Counted from the whole stretch's first letter, positions 27,425 to 41,280 are shown. The stretch: DNA of 63,713 nt, filler included, from Neolecta irregularis DAH-3 (GCA_001929475.1; 9 parts of 9 records of this genome joined end to end with filler, not necessarily neighbours in it), one strand, 5' to 3'. Notes: generated by a model not told the origin, from the sequence alone. Numbers and translations are program-made.

Positions 27425-28080
27425 ACGATAGAGTTTGTGCGTGGAAATATTAGTATAGTTTCTATCAGTTACTTTGAATGTAAACAATGCTTCATTTCTC
27501 GGTTTTCTCATTTGCTTCTTCCTTTTGTCACATCCCGAATCTGTCAAAAACAAATTTCTGTCAAATAAGATGCCAGAGCCCTCCTCGATGTCAGAGGGTT
27601 CTCAGATTTTGGATGCCTCAGGGCCTTCACAACCCTGTGACCAAGGGATGAAGGAGAGAATAGGCAGCAGCAACATGCATCTCAAGGAATTGCAGTGTTG
27701 TGGATGGACCAAAGTTTGGCCATGGACTTCTGAGGGACATCCCAGACCCTGGACAAGTCCATGCATATCATGTGACTATCATTTTCCGATAAGAGCTTTC
27801 CAATGCCAAAGTTTTATACATTGAGATACTATCTAGACTTTGCAGTAGCAGATTGTAGAATAGTGATTATTCCCAGACTCAAAGCATTGAAAGATCTCAC
27901 ACACCTTTTTCTGAAGAAGCACATAGAACGAAGGATCCTAATAGCAGGAACGTTTGAGCTTCTCCAGAATGCGAAAGATTATCAACAGTAGTACAGGACC
28001 TTATAAAATTGCGATAGGGTCCTCGCATTTTGTATAAGGAGATCTACGATTACCAGCCAAGAGTTTCAAACTAGCCTGTG

Positions 28081-30170
28081 TTATTTTTGCATATCAGGTC
28101 TATCAGCCCCAAGAACCCATCCGATGCCACTGGTGAATTTACTTGCTACAGCATCTTTAATTCCCTTTCTACTTTGTAAAGGCAATTTCGGATCAATACT
28201 TGGAGTTTTAAGGGCTTGGGAAAAATCCATGTCCTCTTTCCGCGCAGCATTCGATGGTAATGCAACAGGATCAATGCTTCCCAGAGCATCTTGTTGCATA
28301 ATCTCTGACTCCGACATACGCTGTTCGGAAAGTTGTTCAAGATTTCTAAATCGATCTAGTATTTCTGAAAGGATCTCAGGCGGACAAGTTAGAATTGATT
28401 TGGCCAAAACTTCAAGTCGATGATTGTCAGGCCCAGGGTATTTACCAATCTGATAATAGGATTTCCATGACATTCTTGATAATTGCTTCGATAATTCGTA
28501 AGCTGTTTGAAAATCTCCTGAGGAAAGAGCAGCTTCGATTGTCATTTCCAGGATATTCTCATCATAAGATGTGCATGGATCAAGGTCAGACATGATTGAT
28601 TGGAGGAGGGGCTTTTGAGTGTAGGCACGTGTGTTCAGTTGGAGGACACGAGAAATCAAATTAAGGGGATCATCTGTGAGACGAACCTGTACAGGAAGGA
28701 GGGATATATCGTTTTGCTGGAGTTTAAAGGTGGATAGCTTTTGGGTTGCGGAGAGAAGACGGTTATGATAAGCCGTGTTTGGGGTCTGAAGGAGGGAGAC
28801 CCTATTGTATCAGAATCATAAAATGACCCTCTGAAATATACACTTTTTGGGCAAGAGCAGTGCTTTTCATAGATGTTGCATTGTCGAAGTATTCAAGAAA
28901 AGCCGAATCGATAGCATGCTGAACTTCTTCCAGAGACAGCAGCACGTTCGGTGAAAGAATATAGATATCCCGAGCCTCGTTGAACCCTTGAGTTAGCCAA
29001 AGATGAAAAAAGCCACACAGTACTGTGAGAACTCAACATTGCACTGAGAATCTGTTTTTCGCAATAATCCTTTTCTAATCTGCCCAACACACCAGAGGAA
29101 GATCGTAACCAAGTTACCGTATCCCGAAGTTCTCTCCAGTTTTTGCGATTCCGAAAGCCTCGAATCAGATGCACTAAAGCAGAGGACTGATCCTCATGAT
29201 TGGATAAACGCAGCTGTAATAGGTATCCAAGGGTATGTATAGTGTGCTGATCGACGAATAGCTGAGCGGATGTAAGTAATAGGTTGAGAAGATGGAGACT
29301 AGATGCGGTAGCCGTAGTACATGCTGTATATTCAAGCGGGATGATTTGACAGAAAATGTCTTCTTCTTCGAGTTCGAGGTAGGATATGAGCTGCGGTTGG
29401 ATTTCTGAAAGGCGCCGAAATTCCGTTGTGTCACTCGCGTATATTGCAGTAAGAAGCATTCCAACAAAGACCGAGCAAGTCGACTTTGGAGGTCTCCAGT
29501 GAGACAGCTGAACCAAATCTCGGACCGCAAGTCGGTTGAAATAGTTCTGAAGTTTGTCCCAGCCGACATCCTTGAAACTCAAGTATGGATAAACGAGGAT
29601 TCTCATTATCTCAACAATATTATCTTCGACCTGAAATAGCATAGCAAGTACGTTATCAATATCCATAGTTTCGAATTCGATGATGGAGATATCGATTTCA
29701 TAAACATTTACCAATTTCTCCACGATGCGAACGATACCGCGGTTCCAGTTCCGAATATTCTCAGATGCAATCGAGATATCGGACAGCAAAGAGGCAAACT
29801 GAACCAATCCGGTCTCTACATCGATATTCCGACACCGGAGAAGGATGAAGTTATCGAATGTGATTTTGAGATTTATTCTAGCAATCTTCTTTGCAACTCG
29901 GCGATCCGACAATGAAGATACATACTGCAGATGATACTCCTCAATATCTCCTGAATCCAGCGGTTGCGAATTATGTAGCTTAATGAGCAGTGGAATAAAA
30001 TCTTGTGGGTTTATTGATTCGGGCAAAAATTGCAGCAATATTCCGTAAACTATTTCTTTGGGCAAAATAATAGGAAATTGGGATGCGAGGTATTCCAGAG
30101 GATTTACTAGAGACTGCGAGGCGAGATGGGCTGCGAGCAATACAACACGTTGTACGGACAATGCGGCCAT
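28081..30170 (-). CDS. SEC39: Sec39 (Dsl1 tethering complex subunit), multi-exon
   Basis: N-terminal VVLLAAHLAS...ILLQFLPES; YFDNATSMK; C-terminal SKFTSGIGWVLGA typical of fungal Sec39. Confidence 0.85.
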
Positions 30171-30212
30171 TGGTGTTTAGACTGTAGACCAGCTTCGCCA
30201 CCGCCAAATTAC

Positions 30213-31047
30213 ATGGAAGTCTTGCGAATCAAACGGAAAAGAGACCAGGACCCTCTGAGAATGTTGTGTATATACCATTTTAATGATGAGACTAAAAAGA
30301 GATTTTGAAACCAGCAAAAGAGCGAAAACCGTGGGAAATACAATATTTATCTTCGCCGGGACAACGGAGAACGAACTGGACATCACACCTCCAGAAATTA
30401 CAACAGTTCTATCTTCTCTTAACAATACGGAAGAAGACCAATCAAATACCGAGGCTCCCTTTGAACAGCCACGATTTAGAGTGAAGAAGCGTAAATTGTA
30501 CTATGGCGGTAAACAATTTTTCTAATGGAGGGGCAGTAAAGACGATGGACCGACAATCTATGAAGCTGAACTTGAAGATCTGGCCACAAAGATGGGATTA
30601 CCGGATATGATGGAGGATACCCTAAGTTGAGTTCAATCTATGCATGCCAGTTGTTGACATGGTTAGTTGCTGTCGATTATGTTTGGGATATTTATACCCC
30701 AGCGATCCAACAAGTTACATCACGTTCAAAAGCTGGTATATTGTATTCTTCTGTATTGTCGCTTGCTCTGACTAATTGATCAGATTATTCGACGACGAAC
30801 CTCTTCTCGGGAATTCAGAATCAGAGGATTATGATATTGCCGATCAGGATTCAAATGGTCCGTTGACGATTATCTCTTACTGACATACGTAGCAGAAGAC
30901 TGGTATGCGAATGATTATCCGGACGAGGAAGACTCGCCCAAGGAAGTCGAATGGGAAATCAGCACTGATGAGGAGCGGGCATATAGAGATGAGGATGAGG
31001 AAAATGACGGGGAGTACTATGGAATGGAGTCCTATTCGGATGAATGA
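30213..31047 (+). CDS. IWR1: Iwr1 RNA polymerase II nuclear import factor, multi-exon
   Basis: N-terminal LRIKRKRDQDP; DYVWDIY; acidic DQDSNAEDWYANDYPDEE signature. Confidence 0.9.
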
Positions 31048-31162
31048 TTTTTGTATAGTTATTGGACGGCGTTGGATGTGCGAGTACAGATTAGTCAATG
31101 TACAACAGCTAAAAATGAAATCTCAAAGCGGATATTTGCCACTTTCTGTCAGAGGATAGAGT

Positions 31163-31247
31163 GGACTACTGGTCTAACGGTTATGATTTCGCTTTAACAT
31201 TTCAAATGGTACAGCGAAGGCTCCTGGTTCGATTCCAGGGTAGTTCA
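31163..31247 (+). tRNA. tRNA-Val(AAC) with a 12-nt intron (31200-31211)
   Basis: Acceptor stem GGACTAC/GTAGTTC; anticodon stem TCGCT/AGCGA with TT-AAC-A; intron after position 37; T arm CCTGG-TTCGATT-CCAGG. Confidence 0.93.
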
Positions 31248-31514
31248 ATTATACCCCTTATTTTGCATTGATGAGAGATTAGATCATTTGCGACGCTATG
31301 CTCCCTCAATCAAAGCTTGATAGACGCTATGTTCTAGGCCGAACCGCTGCTCGCGTAGTAAAAATCTTAGAAATATAGAATTGAATGCATCAAAGCGAGC
31401 TGTTTGATGTTCAAAACAGCTTCCTTCTTGTTAAGTCAACGGTCACGAGTTCTAGAACTCCCAGGGTTATCTGGGTTCTGTACACGTGATCTGCTATTCC
31501 CTGTGTCGTCCACC

Positions 31515-32347
31515 ATGAACGATGAGAACTCTCCACGTTCTCCGTACGAGATTCTATCTGTATCCCGCGATGCAACTCTAGGAGACATTCGCCGTGCATA
31601 CCGTAGACTAGGTCCCCTTCTACATACTTTTCTCTCAGCTAACCGGTTCAGCTCTCGATAATCATCCTGATAGAAACCCAGGAGCCCAGGACTCTATGCA
31701 AGACATAAACTGGGCTTACGAGATACTTTCAGACACAGAAAAGAGACGACTATGGGATCAAGAGTTAGATTTTCGTAACCGACCTGTATAAGCACTGTTT
31801 TCACAACTGCTACTCATTTTGAAGCTTAGACATCGTGATGAAGAGCCCACAGCACAAATGGATAATCTGTTCACTGAATTGTTCAATGCTAGAAGACGAT
31901 ACCGAGCACAACGAGATCCAACTAATTTATTTGATATGGTAATTTCTTTCTGTCAACCAAGACTAACGTTCCCAGTTCTTCAGCAATTTTTCTACGCGAC
32001 GAAGACAACCCATACCTAGAAGAAATGCATTCCCACAAAATCCTGATTTCGACTTCTTTTCTACATCTGTACGTCACCTTATCGGTTGTTTTTTGATTAG
32101 CAAGCCTTTCCATCCAGTTCATACCTCTCGATACAGTAGCTCTAATTTACATTTCACTGCTTCTGTAAAGTTTAATCACCATAGTTACACTAAACTTGAC
32201 AGGTCTCATCGACGACGTTTGGGCCCTATGGTCAACAAACAACTCATACTTTCACACGTTCATCTTTCCCAGATTATGGAAGATCCTACGAAGCATGCGT
32301 CTTCCTTTAGAGAGAACCTAACCCATTTAGGATTCGTATGGTCATGA
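31515..32347 (+). CDS. DnaJ/Hsp40 J-domain protein, multi-exon (3' end uncertain)
   Basis: [34 protein letters not shown]...[18 protein letters not shown], with the HPD motif. Confidence 0.85.
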
Positions 32348-33350
32348 TTGGTTCCAGTGATATTTCAATAATCATTATAGTCAGGTCGAAGCCGGTGATA
32401 GCGAGTGATGGGCGGCGTCTCTAAATTTCATTTTATCAAGTACATATTGTTTAAATCGACTTCTCGCTTGCTCTAGCTCAGTGCTTCCTAGAAACCATTG
32501 ATGACATACAAGTTCTAGCAGGATGTAGTGACCACAAAAATATTTGAGCCATCTGATGTTGACAGTTGATAGCGGCAGTTGATAGCGGAATTAGAACCCT
32601 TTCGCGAACAATCAGAGTAAAGGCTTGAGACTTTTACTCGTTATTTCAATTTCTATCTGAAGAATTCTACCTACAGAGGAGATTGTAGCTTTCTATCTAT
32701 CCACAGAACACACATGTGAGAAAACGAAAGCACAGAATGAGGAAAAATGTCTATCTAAACTAAGCCCTTGAGTCAAACAACCGCATTCCTAGCTCGAGAG
32801 TGATTTCAGTGGCCGAAACCCATTCAAAGCTCTAGTTCTTGTAGGCTATCAATCAGAGCAAATTATATTAGATTCGGATGAGCCTTTCAATGCATAATGC
32901 GACCAATCGATCAAAGTGAGTGGCCCTGAAGCCCTGAAGATACTGTGGATTTGCCCATGCGATGAACTGTGAGCGTTCAGTTATTCTCTTTATATCGCTC
33001 GTAGAGTTAGGTTGTTATATCGCGATAGTGCGACACTTACTTTGAGTGAAGGTAACTACTACGTTTATAATCAATTTACAGGATTAAAGTCCACCCTGCT
33101 AACCAGATGTAGACCTAACGATATAACAATTCCTTGAGATGCGTTTCGCTGCTGCCTTGTAAGCTTTGATACTCCGGAGTACAAATAAGACCAGGTTTAT
33201 AGTAATTACATGCAAAGTAACTGATAGAAACTAAACTAATATTTCCACGCACAGATTCTATCGTCTACTCTATCATCTCTTCTGGAATGGGAGATGTTCC
33301 TCGCACCACTTTCGGATTACAAGCGGACTGTTGTATCGCTTGAAATTAAA

Positions 33351-34608
33351 CTAGCTTTCATATGAATATACCTTGTTCCCTGCAATATTTTGAAGTTGCC
33401 TTTTGACCTTCTCTAATGCAAGGGAATCATTTCCTGTAAGGGATTCAGGTGCGAGGTGCAGCTTGGAGGTCAGATTCACCTTAAAGGATAGGATAAATAC
33501 AAAAGCTTTCAAGGAACATTCTGCTATTTGTCGTCTATTAGAAATGGCTTTTCTCATTTGAGAAGGCTCATCGGGGCCCAGCCTGTTCACCCATTTCCCG
33601 GTATTTATTAGGCTAATGATTCCCTCAAGATTGGGGCTACTACAGAATAGATTATTGTCGGGAACTTTCTCGTAAACCCAATCTGAAATGACAGACACGT
33701 CGTCGATATTTTTATGTCCCTTGCGAGATTCCTTTTTGTGAAATTTCATTAAAACGGGCTCAATATACCTGAAAATTAAGTAAATCTATCCTTGCAAGTT
33801 CAGCAAGATTGACCTCCTCTCGAGTGAATGGGACATTCGTTACTTCCAAGACGGGTTGTAACTACAATTCGTCAAAGAGAAATTTTGAAGTATCGCATCA
33901 AATATCTGACAGCGTTTACCAGGTTTAGTCTTCGTTGTAAAAGTCCTCTGGTTAACACTGGCTTTGAGGTCTTTTTTGAGACACCCAGCTTTTTACCAGC
34001 AAGGATATTTCGAAGGTTTTGAATATGACCGGGTTCGGGCTTCCGAATAACGCGCTTTTCCGCATGTGTAGCGGAATTTGTTGTCGCATAGGCTGGCCGT
34101 ACTTGTTTAACTGACGAGCCTCGCTTGGAACGCAAGTGATTGGCATGTCCCGATGGAATCCGGTGTGTCTTTGACTCATCAGAACTCGATTCTTCGTCGA
34201 ACTCAATGCTGTAATCGTCACCCTCGAATTCTTCTTCGGCAGACGTAAGTGTGTTTGGGACCTCGGGGGCCACATTCGGCCGATACCGATAAGGCTTACG
34301 TAATCCCCCAGTCTTCTTACACTTTGACTCATCAGAACTGGATTCTTCATCAAATTCAATGTTGCAATCGTCAATTTCAGATTCTTCTTCGGCAGTCGTA
34401 GGTGTGTTTGGGACCTCGGGGAGCAGATTCAGCCGATACCGATAAGGCTTACGTAACCCCCCAGTCTTTTCACCAGTCGTTGATTGTCCCTGGTTTTTCT
34501 CTTTCACTGGCACTGCAAGCACATGTGATAGAATCACTGTGTGAAACAGCAAGGCACTTTTGTCAGCTGCCAAAAATTGAAATAAACCCACAAATATCTA
34601 AGATTCAT
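33351..34608 (-). pseudogene. Orphan secreted-family protein, copy 2 (probably damaged)
   Basis: ATG 34608 plus a short intron gives signal peptide MNLRYFALLFHTVILSHVLA-VP. Relative to copy 1, an intron donor reads AT instead of GT (33898) and a TGT codon is a TAG stop (33351). Confidence 0.6.
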
Positions 34609-35549
34609 CTCGACTGTCAAAGATCACCAAGAGCAAATTCAAATTTTAAAGTGTAGATAAAATAAAGAGATTATTTTGCAGTTGTCGATAGAACAAGTGA
34701 GTTTATGTTGAGTGTTTTTGGCAGATATAGTCTCACAGGGTCGTTGAGACCGGGTACAGATAGCTTGGTATTTCGACAAGGGCTATCAAGCCTTCCTTTT
34801 AAAGACATTTCTAGCAGACCTCACATGTGAAACAGCCGCAGCAAACATAAAAGCCAGTTGAGACAAGAGGAGGGACATACGTCTACTGCGACAAGAGGAA
34901 AGTCATGAAGTTGTAAAAATATCAGATGAGACAAGAGGAAAGACCGGCATAAGTAAGTCCATTAACAAAACAAGAGAGCCCAGGACAAGCAAAAATGTCA
35001 GGACAATCAATATGTTGTCGCAATCCCCAATCTAGGCCAAGCTAGCAGCAGCAGCAATCGCAACAATCGCAACCGCAGTCAAAGTCACAGTTTTGCCTGT
35101 GTAGTTAACCCTAAGACCCCACCCACCACCTGCGCCTCGCTGCCTGCTCCCTTTCGCAGTTCCAGTACTACACCTCTCCACTCAACCACCTGTCATTCAG
35201 GCCTTGACCACTTCCACTCCTCCCTACCCCGTCAAAACCCCCTCCTCGCTTTTCTCGCCACACTCGCCTGCCTCCTCCAACCCCCACCCACTTGGCCCTC
35301 CTTGCTGTCTACAGCTGCTGTCTAGCCCTGCTTGCCTGCCGCGCCGCCGCTGTCAAACATGCCATCCTCCCACCCTCGCCTCATGTAAGTGTTGAAGCTC
35401 GAATTCGAATAAGACCAGGTTTATTATACTAGCCTGAGTGACTGAACTTNNNNNNNNNNNNNNNNNNNNNNNNNNNNNNNNNNNNNNNNNNNNTTAATTA
35501 ATTAANNNNNNNNNNNNNNNNNNNNNNNNNNNNNNNNNNNNNNNNNNNN

Positions 35550-36234
35550 ACCAATGGACGATATCTCAGCTCAAAGCCCGGTTGGAACTTGTCACTGGGA
35601 TTCCTCCTGCCTGTCAAATTTTACTACATGAAGGGAAAACCGAGTTGTCTGACGATAACCGAACATTGGAAGACTATGGAATTGCGAATTACGATAGTAT
35701 AATCGTATAAAAACCCACTTTGTATTTTTTAATGGGAAAAGATTAAAGATACGAGGCCGGAAATAGAGCAAATTAATGTCAATGATACTAGCGGCGTTGA
35801 GAAATTCGAGTTGCCAAAGGAACAGTATGAATTATTGGATAATAGCGTTTTAGCTTGGAAGAGGAAGAATCGGTTGGGCCGGTTCGGCGATACTAAAGAA
35901 GATGAGAAACCGAAAACCGAAGAAAGTATTCCTGATCATATTACAATTGGAGTACGATGTCAAGTAGGTAGAAAGAGGGGAACGGTAAGGTATGTTGGAT
36001 TTGTACCGGAAACCCCAGCTGGTGGAGTTTGGGTGGGCGTTGAATACGGTATGTGATTAATCTGTTAGGTACACATTTAATGGATCAGATGAACCAGTTG
36101 GTAAGAACAATGGTACAATTTCTGGAAAATCGTATTTCACTACCCGCGAGAAATACGGGGGGTTTCTAAGACCTGATCGTGTCGAAATTGGGAATTTCCC
36201 TGAACTCTCTTTATCCGATGATGAAGAATTGTGA
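35550..36234 (+). CDS. ALF1: Tubulin-folding cofactor B (Ubl + CAP-Gly), 5' end in gap
   Basis: QWTISQLKARLELVTGIPP; RGTVRYVG..GVWVGVEYDEPVGKNNG; YGGFLRPDRVEIGNFPE. Confidence 0.93.
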
Positions 36235-36398
36235 AGGGATCGAATAGAGCCAGATAAAGTACATTTATACAACAAATAGTAATGACGAAAATTAATGCGA
36301 TGATCCATATATCAGTTGAAAAACATAATCTACAGCACCATCACCATACTCCAATTTAATTTCAATAATCGGGAAAGGAATAAGATGGGGTGTTAGTA

Positions 36399-38780
36399 TC
36401 ATTCAGCGGTGTCGACTCCATTCTCAAGGTCTTCATATGTATTCTTGACCTGTGTAAATTGTAACCGGGCAGGTCTATCAAGCATATTCTTAATCCTATA
36501 CGAATTTCCTAAAAAAGTCAAATTGAAATCGGGTAAATTGGATATACCTCTAGGAACTATAAATTGGCCTCCGCGTTTCAAGCGGAACTCGGTCTGGTTA
36601 ATCGTAACAGCCACACAACCATTCAATATCACGAAAATTAATACATTGTTTCGTGTTTGTTTTGCTGGTTTTTCTCCGTCGGGGTTAATTTCAAGGATCC
36701 CGGTTGCGCAAAAATCACCTTCCTCAAAGATTTTTTTGAATGTAAAAGTTCGGTTGGCGACGATATTAGTCTGAACTGCGGAATTAGGAATCGCTATTCC
36801 TGTGGTTTATGTTAGTTGTATGTAGTACATATTAAATTTACGTTTCATTTCGACTTGATCGCATTGAGGCCAACAGAGTACGTCGGCGATGACTTCATCT
36901 TTATTCTCCCAGTTTTCTTTATCTGCAAGGTTATGTTCATCATTATCGTCGTCGTCGTCGTCAGGTTGTCCATGTTTCTTGCGTTTTCGCGAAACATGTC
37001 GTTTTGAGCGTGTTTCTGGTTCATGTGGTTCGTAGCGCACGATTTCTTTGATCGCTGGTAATGCTGGTCCACTTTCTCGACGGGCGCCAAGGGCGTAAAC
37101 TACTCGTTCGTTTCGCCAGTATTCGAGCGGTTGTAACTTTGTTCTTGTTGATCTCCGACCTGAAAATGATTAAGGCGTGTGATTATCAAGAAGACATACA
37201 TCCATCTTCTTGAGTTGAGCCGACTAGTGATGAAGGAGGTGGAACTTGTCGGATTTCACTTACTTGTCGAGCTGCTTGTTTCAAAGAGCCTCTTCGTTTA
37301 TTGGATACAGGACGAGCACGGTGGGGTTTTGCAGGTGAACGAATAGCTGTTTCTTCATTGTCTTCTTGAATATGTTGTTTCTTTCCGCGTCCATTTGTTT
37401 GCTTCTTCCCTGGAATTTGCTCGCTCTCTTCATTTTTCGGCGGTCTTCCACGAGCTTTCTTGGGAGGAGGGTGCATGGTATCTTTAACGATTTTCTTTGC
37501 AGGAGATTTCTTGTCACGACCTCTTTGGCCCGGCGATTGTTCGACTTGATCTTCACTATCACTTTTGTTGGCAGCTTTCTTTCCCTTTTTTGGAGGCCCA
37601 GCTTGCTCCATATCGTCCTCGGAAGCAACTGATTTTCGTTTTTTCCGATTTGGGACATATTTGGGTTCCAATTTCGTCCCCAGAAAAGTGCTCTGGATAT
37701 ATTTTGCAGATTGCGTCGATTCCGGAGTTTGTCCTTTTTTGGAGGCTGGTCGTGCTGGAGTTGCTTTTCTTTTCGCAAGAGAACTGGGGTTCTTGGGAGA
37801 TTGTCTGCGAGCTGACTGGTCACTCTCGTCAGTGACTGGCTCTGGCGATGGATCTCTGACGATTTTTTTCTTACCGTTTGTTGAATGTTTTGGAATAGGA
37901 TTTCTGACATCTTCATCGCTGATGATTTCTGGCTCATTGGCAGCTTTCTTTTGTCTTGCAGGAGATTTGGAGATTCTATTTGCTCTTTTTGAGATGGGCT
38001 TCTTCGGACTGGGTGAAGCGTTCATGAGAACAGCGTTGTCATCATCGTTGTCGTCTAACTGAGTAGGTTGATCGCTCGTGAACTTGAATAATCCATTGGT
38101 CGTAGCATGTTGCATTGAAAAGTCGTCCTCATCACTAGAAAAGTCTTGAATTCTAGGGTTTGGATTTGCACTCATCAAGCTCTTTTGTCTCTGCGCAATG
38201 GGTTTGACGATTTTTGAGGGGCTGGAGGGCAGTTGTTTTGCGGCGGAATGCTGAGAAGAGGGTTTGATAGAATCTGAAGTCAAAGGACGAGAAATTGACG
38301 AAGAAGGCTTTTGTTTCAAGCCAACGAAATCTATTTTTCGCGCGATGTTGATTGGCGTGTTGCGTTGAGGACTTCTGAGTAGAATTCTCGCAGTGCTTGA
38401 AACTCTCAGAGCGGGGGAATTTAGAGATGTTCGCACAGGACTCTGCCGGTGATCTATTGAAAAGTTAGTAGGTGGAAACGAAGATTCATACGATTGGATC
38501 TTTGTGCGAGGAGAATAGCGGGGTCTTGGATACTCGCTGGAGAAAATCAGAGCAGCGTTCAGGCGGTTTATTACAGTTTTGAATGTCCATACTGGAACTC
38601 TGGGCCGGTTTGTTTGGCGAAAAGAAGCCATCGAGATCTTCTAGTCCTGCAGAATCGCGTCTGCCGGTATCTGCGACAGTCAAACCAGTTTTCCTGCTGA
38701 ATGAGCAACTGACAGCGAAAACAAAAAACATACCTGCCGACTATGCCGACCTGATTAAATTGGTTTGAGCGATGCGACAT
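36399..38780 (-). CDS. MIF2: CENP-C/Mif2/Cnp3 inner kinetochore protein, multi-exon
   Basis: N-terminal VGIVGRKTG...GLEDLDGFFSP; AT-hook RGRPPK; CENP-C motif RRSTRTKLQPLEYWRNE; cupin GGQFIVPRGNSYRIKN. Confidence 0.93.
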
Positions 38781-38850
38781 TTGTTGAAGAAAAGAAGGCA
38801 GGAGTAGCGGGGAAGGCTGGTTAAAAGGGCGCAAAAACAAAGAGGATAAC

Positions 38851-38888
38851 CGCGTCGCGTGAGAAAATAGAGGTTGGAATTGCGCGCA
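38851..38888. promoter_or_regulatory. CGCG-core (MCB-like) cluster in the divergent CENP-C / RNase H2A promoter
   Basis: cgcgtcgcgt at 38851 and gcgcgc at ~38882, in a ~200-bp head-to-head gap between S-phase-type genes. Confidence 0.4.
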
Positions 38889-38988
38889 AGAGAATGTTAT
38901 TTATCGAGATAGTCTATGAATTGTGGTTGTTATGAATGGTTCGAGGTTGGAATCAAAAGATAGAGAGAGTTGGATGCGCGGGGGTTAC

Positions 38989-40050
38989 ATGGAATCAACA
39001 ATATTCCCAGATCAGCATCAACAATCTTTTGTACCTGAAAAGCAGGAAGAAGACAAAAAACTAGAGGAAACTGGTCTTGAAACAGTGACCCAAGAGATAC
39101 CATCAGAGATATCAGAGATACCATCAGAAATATCACAAATATCTCCAGAAATATCTGAAATACCACCAGACGATGATTGGATACCGCCTTCAGTTAATCT
39201 AGACAGCCGTACACTCCTTTATTTTCTCACTAACTGCAAGTCACCAAAACATATACGTTTGAATCGCCCCTTCCCATTCAACTTGACACCAATTCTCCTG
39301 TTATTCTCGGAATCGACGAAGCAGGTCGTGGCCCGGTACTTGGTCCAATGGTTTACGCAGCTGCTTATTGTCCCGCGACTCTCGATCTCGGATCTTCTTC
39401 TTTCAAGGATTCAAAAATCCTGAAGCACACTGCCCGTCGCCAACTTTTTCGTTCTCTTAATCCGCATTTGTATATTGGGTATGCGGTTACGGTTCTCTCT
39501 GCCTCTGCCATCTCTGCCGCTATGTTTGCGAACTATAATCTCAATGCGCAGGCTCATGATACTACTATTGCACTCATCCGCCGCTTATCCGGCTCGATGA
39601 ATGTTTCGCAAATCTTTGTGGATACAGTTGGTCATCCAGAACCCTACCAGGCCAAACTGCAGCGGTTGTTTCCAAATATTGAAATCACTGTTGCCAAGAA
39701 AGCAGACAGTTTATACAAGATTGTCAGCGTCGCTAGTATCTGTGCTAAAGTGACTCGGGACGGACTTATTCAGGAAGGCAGAGGGAGCGGGTATCCCTCT
39801 GGTAGATTCTTTTTAGCGATATGAGTTGACACTTTTAGACCCAAAGACCGTGGCATGGTTGAAGGAGAATATGGATCCCGTATTTGGATGGGACGATCAA
39901 GTTCGGTATTCTTGGGGAACGGCAAAGCAGTTGCTAGATACCCAAGTTGGAGTAGATTGGCATGATGAGAATAAAGTCCCTGCCTGGACTCAAGCTCCAA
40001 TTATTGGAATTGAATGGTACGGAACAACTTTGACGGATCCGTTTGATTGA
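38989..40050 (+). CDS. RNH201: Ribonuclease H2 catalytic subunit A, multi-exon
   Basis: GIDEAGRGPVLGPMVY, DSK, FVDTVG, KKADSLY.IVSVASICAKVTRD, GSGYPSDPKT. Start codon uncertain (38935 or 38989). Confidence 0.96.
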
Positions 40051-40289
40051 ATTTGTCTGTATAAAAGATAGGATTGAGCTGTTTACAATCAAGATTAAGA
40101 ATTATGCGGCAGAATACGATTAACCTTGAATAAACATTAAGAATATATTGCAGAATACGATTGACCTATAATTTAATACATTGCAGATAGAATTATGACT
40201 GTTGTAGTTGCAGATAGAATTGTTTGCAAAGTATGTTGTAATTGAGGAATATTGTTCAACTCCAGTTCCGACCCAAGCATGTTTGTAAA

Positions 40290-41115
<826 letters not shown>

Positions 41116-41159
41116 TTTGGAGGTGAAACTGATCACTCCAGAACAAGCCGCAACGCCAA

Positions 41160-41280
41160 TAAACACAGAACCATAACCATAACCACAACCAGAACCACAA
41201 CCCGAACCACAACCTGAACCTGAACCTGAACCTGAACCTGAACCTGAACCTGAACAACAGAAGCAGAAACAGAAATAAAG
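41160..41280. repeat. Compound hexamer microsatellite ((AACCTG)n, AACCAT/AACCAC variants)
   Basis: About 7 AACCTG units plus degenerate neighbours fill the gap between divergent genes. Confidence 0.92.

Noticed and set aside
31189..31217. Reading the tRNA anticodon as TAA (Leu) or as a suppressor
   Set aside because: The best stem TCGCT/AGCGA places AAC at 34-36 with a canonical intron; the short variable arm fits Val.
33872..34608. Signal peptide plus repeats as a Kex2-processed RiPP (dikaritin/KEP) precursor
   Set aside because: Only two long repeats, no regular KR-flanked cores, a large C-terminal domain, and no DUF3328/tyrosinase genes nearby.
37281..38062. Long alternative-frame and antisense ORFs over CENP-C, Mto1, RRP12 and others
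   Set aside because: Shadows of real low-complexity coding sequence with no independent motifs.
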